In this document: piece by piece, positions 37,685 through 47,498 of the stretch
Position numbering within the stretch: position 1 is the first letter of the stretch
Layout: each line of letters begins with the position of its first letter
Program-made: the position numbers and the translations under genes
NCBI GenBank assembly: GCA_043738315.1
Contig: JAYUGT010000287.1
Coordinates: forward strand, 1-53,317
DNA: 53,317 nt
Direction of reading: 5' to 3'
Source of the DNA: Gammaproteobacteria bacterium
Lineage (GTDB): Bacteria; Pseudomonadota; Gammaproteobacteria; Steroidobacterales; Steroidobacteraceae
The notes under the pieces: model-generated
What the model saw: only the letters and a program-made list of their open reading frames with translations
What the model was told of the DNA's origin: nothing
The model's database searches: none

Positions 37685-39550
37685 TCAGAACATCTCCGAA
37701 GGTCCGGGACCTTTCTTGTCGCGCGGCGGCGGCGCGCGCGCGGTGATGTGCTCGCCGGTGATCATCGCGTCGTAGGACTGGCCCGGACCGACCATCGGGT
37801 AAACGCCCGCATCCGGATCGATGATGACATCGAGAAATGCCGGACCCTTGAAGCTGACAAACTCGTCGACCACGCGGGTGACATCGGCTTTCTTGTCGAG
37901 CCGGACGGCGTACTTGAAGCCGTCGGCCTGCGCGGCTTTCACGAAATCCTTCTTGTGCAGCGACTTGTCGCTACCCGACATGCGGCTCTCGAAAAACAGC
38001 TTCTGCCACTGACGCACCATGCCATCGCCGAAATTATTCAGCACCACGACCTTGATCGGCAGGTCGTAGGTGGTCACGGTTTCGAGCTCGCCGATGTTCA
38101 TGCGGATCGACGCGTCGCCATCGATGTCGATCACAAGCTTGCCGGGATTGGCGATCTGCGCGCCGATGGCGGCCGGCAGGCCAAAACCCATCGTGCCCAT
38201 GCTGCCCGACGTCAACCACAAACGCGGCTCGCGAAAATCGATGTACTGCGCGGCCCACATCTGGTGCTGCCCGACGCCGGTGGTCACGATCGCTTCGCCA
38301 CGCGTGCGCTTGTTGAGCTCTTCGATCACGTAGTACGGCTGGATCAGCTTGCTTGCACGGTCGTAGTTCATGGCATGACGGGATTTCAGTTCCGCCAGGT
38401 GCTTGTGCCAGGCCGCCAGGGCTAACGGCGCTCGCTGGTAGTGGCCACGGCCATAGGCGGTGAGCGCTGCCAGGGCCGGCGCCAGCAGGCCGACGTGCGA
38501 CCAGTCCACGCGCTTGACCTTGTTGATCTCGGCACGGTCGATATCGATGTGCGCAATCGCCCGCGCCTGCGGCGCGAATTTCGGCGGATTGCCGGCCACG
38601 CGATCGTCAAAGCGCGCGCCCAGCGCAATCAGGAAGTCGCAATCCTCGACCGCGTAGTTGGCGAATGCCGCGCCGTGCATACCTAACATGTGCATGGACA
38701 GCGGATCGGTCGTGTCGATCGCGCCGATGCCCATCAGGGTCGTCACCACCGGAATATTGAACGCGCGCGCAAACTCGCGCAGTTCGCGCGACGCCGCGCC
38801 ATTGATGACGCCGCCGCCCGCGTAAATCAGGGGTTTTTCCGACTTCGCCAGCATGGCGAAAAACGCCGCGGCTTCATCGTCCTCGATGCCGGCATTCTGG
38901 GTCGCGAACAGCCGTTTGCGATAGCCCGGAATCGGCAGCACGCCCTCACCACGGAACTCGCCACGCCAGTTCTGGATGTCCTTGGGCAGGTCCACCACCA
39001 CCGGCCCCGGCCGGCCGGTGCGGGCTATCTCGAAGGCGGTGCGCATGGTCGCTTCGAGCTTGTCAGCGTCGGTGACCAGGAAGATGTGCTTGGCGACCGC
39101 GCCCATCAGCGCCGGCACCGGCGCTTCCTGGAAGGCATCGGTGCCGATCGCCGAGGTCGGCACCTGGCCGCAAATAACCACCATTGGGATTGAATCCGCC
39201 ATGCAATCGCGGATCGGGGTCACGGTGTTGGTGGCGCCCGGGCCCGAGGTCACGAGGCAGACGCCCACCTCGCCGGTCGAGCGCGAATAGCCGGCCGCCA
39301 TGAACCCGGCGCCCTGTTCGTTGGCCGGGACGATCAGCGGCATCTGGGCCTCGCCCTTCGCGACCCGCGCCTGGTTGTACAGAAACACGGCGTCGTAGGT
39401 CGGCAGGATCGCCCCGCCGGAGTAGCCGAAGATCGCCCGCGTGCCCTCGTCCGCGATGATCTGGATGACCATTTCCGCGCCCGACATGGCGCGTCCGGCG
39501 AGCGGATGCAGGGACGGCGATGGCACAGCGGTACGGACTTCGGCGGACAT
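37685..39550 (-). CDS. ilvI: Acetolactate synthase (AHAS) large catalytic subunit
   Basis: TSGPGATN, GTDAFQE, MLGMHG and the ThDP motif GSMGFGLPAAIGA...DIDGDASIRMN. The start may instead be ATG 39487 (MSGAEMVIQ). Confidence 0.9.
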   Translation of the reverse strand: MSAEVRTAVPSPSLHPLAGRAMSGAEMVIQIIADEGTRAIFGYSGGAILPTYDAVFLYNQARVAKGEAQMPLIVPANEQGAGFMAAGYSRSTGEVGVCLVTSGPGATNTVTPIRDCMADSIPMVVICGQVPTSAIGTDAFQEAPVPALMGAVAKHIFLVTDADKLEATMRTAFEIARTGRPGPVVVDLPKDIQNWRGEFRGEGVLPIPGYRKRLFATQNAGIEDDEAAAFFAMLAKSEKPLIYAGGGVINGAASRELREFARAFNIPVVTTLMGIGAIDTTDPLSMHMLGMHGAAFANYAVEDCDFLIALGARFDDRVAGNPPKFAPQARAIAHIDIDRAEINKVKRVDWSHVGLLAPALAALTAYGRGHYQRAPLALAAWHKHLAELKSRHAMNYDRASKLIQPYYVIEELNKRTRGEAIVTTGVGQHQMWAAQYIDFREPRLWLTSGSMGTMGFGLPAAIGAQIANPGKLVIDIDGDASIRMNIGELETVTTYDLPIKVVVLNNFGDGMVRQWQKLFFESRMSGSDKSLHKKDFVKAAQADGFKYAVRLDKKADVTRVVDEFVSFKGPAFLDVIIDPDAGVYPMVGPGQSYDAMITGEHITARAPPPRDKKGPGPSEMF

Positions 39551-39658
39551 GATCGTTCAACCCTACCAGCTGGCGGGATAACGGCAAGGCCAAAGGCCAG
39601 TCCCAAGTCAAAAAATTGCGCGCTCAAGCCACCGCTCAGCCGGTATTCTTGAGCCGAC

Positions 39659-40150
39659 ATGCGCCACATCATCGCCATCCAACTGCAGAACGAAGCCGGT
39701 GCGCTGACCCGCGTCGCCGGCATGTTTTCCACCCGCGGCTACAACATCGAGAGTTTGTCGGTCGCCGCGACCAACGATCCAGCCATGTCGCGCCTGACCC
39801 TGGTCACCCGCGGCTCGGACGCTGTCATCAGCCAGATTGTCAGCCAGCTCAACAAGCTGATCGACGTGGTCAGCGTCGAGGACATGACCGGTGGCGAGCA
39901 CCTGGAACGGGAACTGGTGCTGCTAAAACTGAAGCTGCGGCCCGAGCAGGTCGACGCGGTGCGTGGCTATGTGGTGCGTACCGGTGGCCGGGTTCTGGAG
40001 CCTGCGCTGCACAGTTTTATCGTCGAGCTGACCGCAAACGAGATCGAAGTCGAGCGTTTTGTGCGCGACCTGGCCGATGGCGCCGAGCTGCTGGAAGTGG
40101 TCCGGTCCGGTGCGCTGGGCATGGCCAAAGCGCGCGCGGAACGCCGATAG
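39659..40150 (+). CDS. ilvH: Acetolactate synthase small (regulatory, ACT-domain) subunit
   Basis: MRHIIAIQLQNEAGALTRVAGMFSTRGYNIESLSV is the canonical IlvH/IlvN N-terminus. 163 aa. Confidence 0.9.
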   Translation: MRHIIAIQLQNEAGALTRVAGMFSTRGYNIESLSVAATNDPAMSRLTLVTRGSDAVISQIVSQLNKLIDVVSVEDMTGGEHLERELVLLKLKLRPEQVDAVRGYVVRTGGRVLEPALHSFIVELTANEIEVERFVRDLADGAELLEVVRSGALGMAKARAERR

Positions 40151-40231
40151 CAACGTCGTATTGTCACGAATTATCCACTAATAGCGCCTTTTAACGGTTT
40201 ATTTGTTTCATTAGCGGTCTAATAAAGCTGA

Positions 40232-40765
40232 ATGTATGCCGTTAGTCAAAAACCTGTGCCGGACTTCTCGCTGCTGCGGACCTATCGGGCGCCACTGCAC
40301 GCGAACGCCTGGAATGAATTCATGGATTGCTTTGCCGCCGAACTTGCCGGGGCGGTATCGCTCGCTGAGTTCATCCACGCGTTCTACGACAGCCTGCCGT
40401 TTCGCCTCGAGCGTCGCATCATCCAGACGCTCATTGGCAGGCCATCGACCGCGCAGGACGTGCAGGCACTGGCGAACGGGGCGACCGAGCATTTCGCGGC
40501 CTGGGTGGTCCTGGAGCGTAACGACACCCAGATACTGTTAGGCGACTTCCGCGGCCAGACGCGGTCATGGCTTGCGGTCAGGCCGCTGCCTGGCGGCGGG
40601 ACCCAATTGCTATTCGGCTCGGGCATCCGCTCGGTTCCCGACCCAGTCACCGGCACGCCGACCCGGAGCTGGGGGTTCCGAGCGCTGGGCGGATTTCACC
40701 TGCTGTACTCGCGCGTGCTGCTGGGCGCGGCGCGGCGCCGCCTCGCGACTGGCAGGCCTCGCTAG
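40232..40765 (+). CDS. Hypothetical protein
   Basis: 177-aa ORF following an AT-rich 80-bp spacer. No family recognised. Confidence 0.5.
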   Translation: MYAVSQKPVPDFSLLRTYRAPLHANAWNEFMDCFAAELAGAVSLAEFIHAFYDSLPFRLERRIIQTLIGRPSTAQDVQALANGATEHFAAWVVLERNDTQILLGDFRGQTRSWLAVRPLPGGGTQLLFGSGIRSVPDPVTGTPTRSWGFRALGGFHLLYSRVLLGAARRRLATGRPR

Positions 40766-41532
40766 GGACAGGCGGCAGGCCAGGCCGCCGAATCGATGGT
40801 TTCCCGATAGGCGTGCCAGGCCGCATGCCCGATCACGGGCATGGTCACAATCAGCCCGACCAGGGCGGTTGCAAAACCAATGGCAATTGCGGCCACGATC
40901 AGCAGGCTCCACACCAGCATCGCCGGTTTGTTGCGCAGTACCGCATTGATGCTGGTGACAACGGCGGTCACGCCATCAACGCGCCGATCGAGCAGCATTG
41001 GCAGCGCAAAGGCGCTGGCCGCAAACACCACCGCCGCGAAAATCGATCCCACCGCGCTGCCAATCGCAAAAAATTGCGCGAGTTCGGCCAGCGTGGGCTG
41101 GCCGCTCTCGGGATAGAAGATATGCACCGCGGTACCCGCCCGAACCCAGACCAACCCGACCACCAGCAGTGCCAGCGAATACACCAGCGCATCGCCGAGC
41201 CGTTCGCGCTCTTCCAGCATCACGCGGCGCAGCGAAGGCTGCTCGCCGCGCGCCAACTCAGCGCTGATCGCATAGATCCCGAGCCCGAGCACCGGCGCCA
41301 GGAACACAAAGGTCGAGAGCATGACGATCAGCATCCAGCCGCTGCCGAAGCTCCACGCCACATAGCTGACCGCGGCGCTGACCAGGAAGATGACCAGGCC
41401 ATAGGTGAGGCTCTGGCGCGGCGCTGCTAACAAATCGCCCCAGCCAAGCCGGATCCAGCGCCACGGAGCGCCCGGCGACAGATGGCGACAGGGAGCGACA
41501 AAGGGCAGTGCGTCCGTCGGGCTGTCGGTCAT
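40762..41532 (-). CDS. Integral membrane protein (DUF2189-like)
   Basis: 256 aa with four or more TM segments. The N-terminal W.WI..GW.DL motif recalls DUF2189 proteins. Called by eye. Confidence 0.55.
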   Translation of the reverse strand: MTDSPTDALPFVAPCRHLSPGAPWRWIRLGWGDLLAAPRQSLTYGLVIFLVSAAVSYVAWSFGSGWMLIVMLSTFVFLAPVLGLGIYAISAELARGEQPSLRRVMLEERERLGDALVYSLALLVVGLVWVRAGTAVHIFYPESGQPTLAELAQFFAIGSAVGSIFAAVVFAASAFALPMLLDRRVDGVTAVVTSINAVLRNKPAMLVWSLLIVAAIAIGFATALVGLIVTMPVIGHAAWHAYRETIDSAAWPAACP

Positions 41533-41555
41533 CGCGCCTGCCCGCCGGTCATTCT

Positions 41556-42551
41556 CTAGAGCGGCAACACCATGCTGCCGACGGTCGGACCCCGCGCCTT
41601 GCGCGATATCCGGTTCTTGAACCCTGGTGGTTTCACGACCAGCACATCGCAGGGCAGCTGATCCAGCATGCGTTCGGCGGTATTGCCGATGAGCAGCCGC
41701 GCGACGCCGCGGCGCGAAATGGCACCCATGACCATGACTTGCGCCCGCGACCGGCGCACCGCGCTCGCAAAGGCATCCGCGACCGAACCCATCAGCAGGT
41801 GGCGCCTGTTAGGCGGCACCTTGGCGGCACGCGCCAGTTGCGAGAAAGCTTTTTCAATGGTCTTCGAGTGCTGGTCTTCCGCGTCCTGTGGCACCCAGAG
41901 CGGCCCGGGCATGCCCGGCATCGGCGACACCGCGACCGACAGGGGCTGCCAGCTGTGCACCATCTGCACATTGCCACGCAGCGCAGCGGCTACGCGCGAA
42001 CCCGCGGCTAACAAAAGCCGGTCCAGCCGCGCCGGCTTGTCCGCGGCATGCAGCGGGTCGACTGCCACGAGTACGCCCGGGCGCCGATACGGCCGGGGCG
42101 ACTTGACGAGCAGCAGCGGCACCGGACAGTTGCGGATCAGCTCCCAGTCGACATTGCGCAGGAATACCCGCGCGGTCGGCAAATGCTTGTGCACGACCGC
42201 AACGACCAGATCGGCTTTGGTGGCGGCCGCGCGCCGCAGGACGGCCTCGAATGCCGGGTAATCCCACTCGACACGGCAACTGACGCGCACGCCCTTCAAT
42301 TTCGCCTGGGCAACTTTTCGCTCGAGTTTTGCTGTTGAGCGACTGACCGCCGTTGCGATCACGCTCTTGTAATTGAAGTCGGCGCGCCCGATGCGCGGCG
42401 GCACCAACACCACGGATTCCGCGATCGCGTGATAGACCTCAAGCCGCGTACGCGCGGAGCCCGCAAACGCCGCCACTTTTCGCAGCAACGCCGGCCGCAG
42501 TTCGTCCACATCGCGGACCGCCAGAAGTATTCGTTTGAATCCGTTGCTCAT
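41556..42551 (-). CDS. Tandem universal stress protein (UspE-like)
   Basis: Two USP domains, the second ending in MGAISRRGVARLLIGNTAERMLDQLPCDVLVV. Confidence 0.8.
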   Translation of the reverse strand: MSNGFKRILLAVRDVDELRPALLRKVAAFAGSARTRLEVYHAIAESVVLVPPRIGRADFNYKSVIATAVSRSTAKLERKVAQAKLKGVRVSCRVEWDYPAFEAVLRRAAATKADLVVAVVHKHLPTARVFLRNVDWELIRNCPVPLLLVKSPRPYRRPGVLVAVDPLHAADKPARLDRLLLAAGSRVAAALRGNVQMVHSWQPLSVAVSPMPGMPGPLWVPQDAEDQHSKTIEKAFSQLARAAKVPPNRRHLLMGSVADAFASAVRRSRAQVMVMGAISRRGVARLLIGNTAERMLDQLPCDVLVVKPPGFKNRISRKARGPTVGSMVLPL

Positions 42552-42650
42552 ATTTTTAGTAAATCCGCTTCAATCGCGTCGGGCATCAGGACAAACACGT
42601 ATGCACTATCGCCGCTTCCGAACTAAGGTGTCAAATTGCCGGAGGTTGAA

Positions 42651-43571
42651 ATGTTGCCCATCAAGAGAATCCTGGTCACGATTGCCCTGCCGGGCGCCGT
42701 CGACCAACCGGGCGCCGACAAGGCATTCTTGTTAGCGGCCGCCACGGGCGCAGAGGTGGAATTGTTCCACGCAGCGTTTGACCCGGAAGCCGACCGCGGT
42801 GATCGCAGCCGGGTAATCGGGCTGCGGCAAATGCAGCTGCGCAAGATCGCGATGGCGCGCCAGCCACCGGAGTCGACAGTCGTCATCAAAGTCGACTGGT
42901 CATCCAACGCGAACGCAGCCATCGTCGATGAGGCCGCGCGCTTCCGGGCAGACCTGGTCGTCGGCCAGTCCGCGCGCCGCGGCGCGGCGCGACATGTGCT
43001 GAGCTATCACGACTGGCATCTGATCCGTGAGCTTTCGCAACCGCTGTTGCTGGTCAAGTCCGCAAAGCCGTGGCAGGGCCGCGACGTGATCGCCGCGATC
43101 GATCCCCTGCACGCGCATGACAAACCCGCGGCGCTCGACAAACGCCTGTTAGCTGCGGGCAAGACGTTTACGAAATGGACCGGCGGCAAGCTGCGGGCAT
43201 TTCATGCGCACGCGCCGGCGCTGACCTATCTGCCCGGCACGGCGCTCCATCCGATACCGACGCTGGCCTCGCCGGCCGAGCAGCGGCGCCGCGAGCGCGC
43301 GGTGCGCGCGCGGGTGCTGCGGGTAACGCGCGCCGCGGGCCTGCCGGCCGGTCGCGCCGAAGTCATTCCAGGCGACGTAACGCGCGACCTTCCGGCATTC
43401 GCCAGTCGCATCAATGCCGCGGTCGTCGTGTTAGGTGCGATCTCGCGATCGATGCTGGGCCGCTGGCTGATCGGCTCCACCTCCGAGCGCGTGCTCGATC
43501 AACTTGAGAACGACGTGCTGATACTGCACCCCGAGCGCGGCGCGCGCCGGCGCAGGACCCGGGCTCGTTAG
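42651..43571 (+). CDS. Tandem universal stress protein (UspE-like)
   Basis: Frame of track ORF 42636..43571. ATG 42651 lies 5 nt after GGAGG. The C-terminus LGAISRSMLGRWLIGSTSERVLDQLENDVLIL is a USP motif. Confidence 0.8.
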   Translation: MLPIKRILVTIALPGAVDQPGADKAFLLAAATGAEVELFHAAFDPEADRGDRSRVIGLRQMQLRKIAMARQPPESTVVIKVDWSSNANAAIVDEAARFRADLVVGQSARRGAARHVLSYHDWHLIRELSQPLLLVKSAKPWQGRDVIAAIDPLHAHDKPAALDKRLLAAGKTFTKWTGGKLRAFHAHAPALTYLPGTALHPIPTLASPAEQRRRERAVRARVLRVTRAAGLPAGRAEVIPGDVTRDLPAFASRINAAVVVLGAISRSMLGRWLIGSTSERVLDQLENDVLILHPERGARRRRTRAR

Positions 43572-43579
43572 CCGCCGGT

Positions 43580-44068
43580 TCAGACTAGAAAGCGCTGCAC
43601 GGCGGCGCGTACCACGTCGGGGACATCCACGGCTTTGCGGCTCAGCGCATCGACATAGACATGCACGAACCGGCCGACGGCGACCGGATCGGCTTCGGGG
43701 CCGCGAAACACGCCAATGCCATAGACCACGCTGCGCCGGCCAAGCCGCTCGCAGCGCAGACCGAGCTGCAGCGCATCGGGAAACGATATCGATTTCAAAA
43801 ACCGGCAGCTGGTCTCAGCGACCACACCGATGGCCGGCAGCGCGCGGATATCCATCGCGGTCGCATCTAACAACCAGCCATTCACGGCAGTGTCGAAGTA
43901 CGAGTAATAGACGACGTTGTTGACGTGGCCATAGACGTCGTTGTCCATCCAGCGCGTGCCCATGGCGCGAAACACGCGAAAGTCGCTGCGTTTCGGCAGC
44001 AAGGTTCCAGTACCGGGAGAAGATGCGCCGGCCTGCGCGGTTGGCGGATCGGTTTCACTGGCGCTCAT
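43580..44068 (-). CDS. Hotdog-fold acyl-CoA thioesterase (4HBT/YbgC-like)
   Basis: RWMDNDVYGHVNNVVYYSYFDTA is the 4HBT catalytic region. Confidence 0.75.
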   Translation of the reverse strand: MSASETDPPTAQAGASSPGTGTLLPKRSDFRVFRAMGTRWMDNDVYGHVNNVVYYSYFDTAVNGWLLDATAMDIRALPAIGVVAETSCRFLKSISFPDALQLGLRCERLGRRSVVYGIGVFRGPEADPVAVGRFVHVYVDALSRKAVDVPDVVRAAVQRFLV

Positions 44069-44093
44069 GCCCGGATTCTGACATTTTTACGCC

Positions 44094-45221
44094 ATGAAAA
44101 CCCGCGCCGCCCTGCTGACATCGATGCGAGCCCCGACACCTTACGCGACGTCGCGGCCGCTGGAGATCGTGGACATCGAGCTTGCGCCGCCTGGGCCGGG
44201 CGAAGTCCTGGTACGCATACGGGCTGCGGGCCTGTGTCACTCCGACCTGTCAGTCATAGACGGCAACCGTCCGCGACCGCTGCCCATGGTGCTCGGCCAT
44301 GAGGGAGCTGGTGAAGTGGTGGCGCTCGGCGCCGGCGTGCGGGGTCTCGCCGTGGGCGATCATGTCGTCACCGCGTTCGTGCCGAGTTGCGGCCACTGCG
44401 CACCGTGCCGCGACGCGCGGCCCGCGCTGTGCGAACCGGGGTTCGCCGCCAACTCCGCCGGTACCCTGCTTTCCGGTGCGCGCCGGCTGCAACGGGCCGG
44501 CGCCGCCGTCAATCACCATCTCGGGGTGTCGTGCTTTGCGGAATACGCCGTCATGGCGCAGGAATCCCTGGTGCGCATCGATCGCAGCGTGTCCTTCGCG
44601 CAGGCGGCCGTGTTCGGCTGCGCGGTGATGACCGGCACCGGTGCCGTGCTCAACACCGCCGCGCTGCCGCGCGGCGCCAGCGTCGCGGTACTGGGTCTCG
44701 GGGGCGTGGGACTGGCGGCTTTGTTAGGAGCCCGGTTGCGCGAGGCGCGTGACATCGTCGCCGTGGATTTGTCGGATAAAAAGCTGGCCCTGGCCCGCGA
44801 GCTCGGCGCAACGGTTTGTTATAACGCCGCCGATCCGGATGTGGTGGCAAAGATCCGCGAGCACAGCAAGGGCGGGCTCGAGTTCAGCTTTGAAATGGCG
44901 GGCTCGGTGCGCGCGCTCGAAACGGCATGGCAGATCACGCGGCGCGGCGGCACGACCGTCACGGCCGGCCTGTCGAATCCAGAGGCCAAATTCACCGTCG
45001 GCCACCTCAGCATCGTCGCGGAGGAGCGCACGCTCAAGGGCTCCTACCTTGGCAGCTGCGTGCCGAGCCGCGACATCCCGCTTTATATCCAGTATTTCCA
45101 GCACGGCAAGCTGCCGGTGGACCGTTTGTTAGCCGAACGCCTGACGCTGGACGACATCAACGCCGGCTTCGACCGCCTCGCCAGCGGCGAGACCATCCGG
45201 CAGATCGTCGAATTCCCCTGA
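44094..45221 (+). CDS. Zinc-dependent alcohol dehydrogenase (class III-like)
   Basis: GLCHSDL, GHEGAGEV, CGHCAPC and GLGGVGLAAL. Confidence 0.85.
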   Translation: MKTRAALLTSMRAPTPYATSRPLEIVDIELAPPGPGEVLVRIRAAGLCHSDLSVIDGNRPRPLPMVLGHEGAGEVVALGAGVRGLAVGDHVVTAFVPSCGHCAPCRDARPALCEPGFAANSAGTLLSGARRLQRAGAAVNHHLGVSCFAEYAVMAQESLVRIDRSVSFAQAAVFGCAVMTGTGAVLNTAALPRGASVAVLGLGGVGLAALLGARLREARDIVAVDLSDKKLALARELGATVCYNAADPDVVAKIREHSKGGLEFSFEMAGSVRALETAWQITRRGGTTVTAGLSNPEAKFTVGHLSIVAEERTLKGSYLGSCVPSRDIPLYIQYFQHGKLPVDRLLAERLTLDDINAGFDRLASGETIRQIVEFP

Positions 45222-45253
45222 GCGCAGCGCTTGCCAGGGCCAATTGACAGACC

Positions 45254-46246
45254 CTAAGGCAGCAGAACCGTCGCACCGGTGGTGCGGCGCGCTTCCAGGT
45301 CGCGATGCGCCTGTGCCGCGTCCTTGAGCGCATAACGCTGGCCAATGCGTACCTTGACCTTGCGCGATGCCAGCATGCGAAACATTTCGCGCGCCGCTGC
45401 CGCCAGAGCACCCGGTTGACCGATGTAATCGAACAGGCTCGGGCGGGTCAGGAACAGCGAGCCGCGCTTCGACAGCTCCAGCGGCGAGATCGCCGGCGGC
45501 GGCCCCGAGGCGTTGCCATAACTCACCACCATGCCTAACGGACGGGCGCTGTCGAGCGAATCCATGAACGTGTCCTTGCCGACCGAGTCATAGACGACCG
45601 CCGCGCCAACGCCCTTGGTGAGCGCGCGGATTTGCGGCGCCAGCGGCGCGCCGTCGGCGATCAGCACCTGATGACAGCCGTGCGCCCTCGCGAGCACCGC
45701 CTTGGCCTCGCTGCCGACGACGCCTATGACCCTGGCGCCGAGCGCCCGGCCCCACTGCGTCAGCAACAGACCCACGCCACCGGCCGCTGCATGCACGACG
45801 ATCCAGTCGCCGCGCTGCACACGATAGGTCCGGCGCAGCAGGTAGTGCGCGGTCAGGCCTTTCAGCATCACCGCGGCGGCGGTTTCATCGCTGACGCCGC
45901 GCGGCAGCTTGACCAGCAGGCCAGCGGCGACATTGCGCTGCGTACAGTAGCTGCCCGGTTTCGAGTCCACGTAGGCGACGCGATCGCCCTTGCGCAGGCC
46001 CCTGACCTTCGGGCCCAGCGCCTCGACCACGCCGGCCGCCTCGCGACCTAACACACCGGGCAGCGGCATCGCATACAAGCCGGTTCGTCCGTACACATCG
46101 ATGAAGTTCAAACCGATGGCGGTATGCCGCAGCCGCACCTGGCCGGGTCCCGGCGGCGCCAGATCGATTTCCTCGAAGCGCATGACCTCCGGTCCACCGG
46201 TCTGGTGGATGCGAATCGCATGCGTCTTGTCAGCCAACGCACTCAT
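45254..46246 (-). CDS. qor: NADPH:quinone oxidoreductase
   Basis: GGPEVMRFEEIDLAPPGPGQVRLRHTAIGLNFIDVYGRTGLY and AAAGGVGLLL are typical Qor motifs. Confidence 0.85.
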   Translation of the reverse strand: MSALADKTHAIRIHQTGGPEVMRFEEIDLAPPGPGQVRLRHTAIGLNFIDVYGRTGLYAMPLPGVLGREAAGVVEALGPKVRGLRKGDRVAYVDSKPGSYCTQRNVAAGLLVKLPRGVSDETAAAVMLKGLTAHYLLRRTYRVQRGDWIVVHAAAGGVGLLLTQWGRALGARVIGVVGSEAKAVLARAHGCHQVLIADGAPLAPQIRALTKGVGAAVVYDSVGKDTFMDSLDSARPLGMVVSYGNASGPPPAISPLELSKRGSLFLTRPSLFDYIGQPGALAAAAREMFRMLASRKVKVRIGQRYALKDAAQAHRDLEARRTTGATVLLP

Positions 46247-46785
46247 GGTTTCGGTGCCTCGGCGGCCTTGGGAACGACCACAAATCCCAGTTGCTGAACC
46301 ATGCTCATCAGGTCGGCATTGCCCCAGCGTTCGACGACTTTGCCTTTTTCAAAACGGTAGATGTCGATGCCGCTGATCACGTAGGGTTTGTGTGTCGGCG
46401 GGTTGCCCGCGACGCCGACATTGTCCTGCGCGTGGACACTGGTGCGCACGATGACGTAGTCGCCGGAACAGAGGATCAGGTCGTCGACCAGGCGCCGCTC
46501 CGGGTTGTTGCGTTTGGAGGCCGCCCACATTGCCCCCATCTGCTCGGGGGCAACCTTGCGCACCGAGCCGCCACCGGAATCCATGTTGTGCGAAATGATC
46601 TCCGGCCCGTAGAACTCCGCAACGCGGCTGGCATCACGATGCATGAACAGGATGTCGTGAATTTTCAGGTAAGTCTGAAGGTTTTTCTGGCTGCCCGGGC
46701 AATTGATGACCGGCTTCGGATCTTCGGCACGGACCGGCGACGCAAAAAAAGCTAACAGAACGACGGTAACAAAAAGATAACGCAT
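46243..46785 (-). CDS. Secreted SnoaL-like (ester-cyclase-like) protein
   Basis: Signal peptide MRYLFVTVVLLAFFASPVRA. IDIYRFEKGKVVERW is the SnoaL-like C-terminal strand region. ATGA overlap with qor. Confidence 0.65.
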   Translation of the reverse strand: MRYLFVTVVLLAFFASPVRAEDPKPVINCPGSQKNLQTYLKIHDILFMHRDASRVAEFYGPEIISHNMDSGGGSVRKVAPEQMGAMWAASKRNNPERRLVDDLILCSGDYVIVRTSVHAQDNVGVAGNPPTHKPYVISGIDIYRFEKGKVVERWGNADLMSMVQQLGFVVVPKAAEAPKP

Positions 46786-46883
46786 GATTGGGCCTCCTGC
46801 TACCTATTCTATGCGTATTCCTACGTAGAGACAGCTGTAACCCGCTCGGTGATCCTTGAACTGGATGGTTGAGGAGAACTGAC

Positions 46884-47090
46884 ATGCAACTAAATGAAGG
46901 CACCGCTGACCGCGTCATGCGGGTCGTGGCCGGTCTGATCGTACTGAGTCTTTTTTTCGTTCTGGACGGCAACAGCCGCTACTGGGCGTTTGTGGGCCTG
47001 GTGCCGCTGATGACAGGTCTGGTGGGTTACTGCCCGCTTTATAGCCTGCTGGGCTTCAACACCTGCCCGGCGAACCCGGCCGGCAAATGA
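46884..47090 (+). CDS. Small membrane protein (DUF2892/YgaP C-terminal-like)
   Basis: ATG 46884 lies 7 nt after GAGGAG. RVMRVVAGLIVL...LVPLMTGLVGYCPLYSLLGFNTC matches DUF2892. Confidence 0.65.
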   Translation: MQLNEGTADRVMRVVAGLIVLSLFFVLDGNSRYWAFVGLVPLMTGLVGYCPLYSLLGFNTCPANPAGK

Positions 47091-47404
47091 CTGCCCGGCG
47101 CGAACAGCTGGAAGCCCGGCGGGATGAGTTGCGCAATCGGCTCGCATCGGTTCGCGCCGATCTGTCCCGCAAACGTGAACCCCTGAGCGCCGACTTTGCG
47201 GACCAGGCGACGCAGCGCGAGAACGATGAGGTTCTGGAAGAAATCGGGCGTTCGACCGAGATCGAACTGGGCCAGCTTGAGCAGGCGCTGCGCCGCGTCC
47301 AGTCTGGCGACTATGGCAGCTGCGCAAAATGCGGCGCTGGCATCGAGTCGGCCCGGCTGGACGCGGTACCGTACACCGACCGTTGCAGCAACTGCGCACA
47401 GTAA
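47087..47404 (+). CDS. DksA/TraR-family C4 zinc-finger protein
   Basis: A coiled-coil N-terminus followed by CAKCGAGIESARLDAVPYTDRCSNC. ATGA overlap with the upstream gene. Confidence 0.75.
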   Translation: MTARREQLEARRDELRNRLASVRADLSRKREPLSADFADQATQRENDEVLEEIGRSTEIELGQLEQALRRVQSGDYGSCAKCGAGIESARLDAVPYTDRCSNCAQ

Positions 47405-47498
47405 ATCCACTTACGTAAACCTCCGAACTTGAGCTTGGCCTCGCCAGTACTACTATATTGGTGTTGGAAGTAGAGAGAGTTGAAGGAGGTGCTTTTTT

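Noticed and set aside
39551-39658. Possible leader-peptide attenuator upstream of ilvH.
   Set aside because: There is no short ORF rich in Val/Leu/Ile codons and no terminator-like stem followed by a U-tract. Only a 7-bp inverted repeat with a 19-nt loop is present.
47405-47498. Sigma-32 promoter or RNA thermometer in the Hsp20 leader. Candidates were CTTGAG...TACTATAT, and ACCTCC at 47419..47424 complementary to the SD GGAGGT at 47485..47490.
   Set aside because: The -10 region does not match CCCCATNT. The 6-nt complementarity is 60 nt away and could arise by chance. Without a mapped transcription start I cannot say whether the anti-SD is even transcribed.
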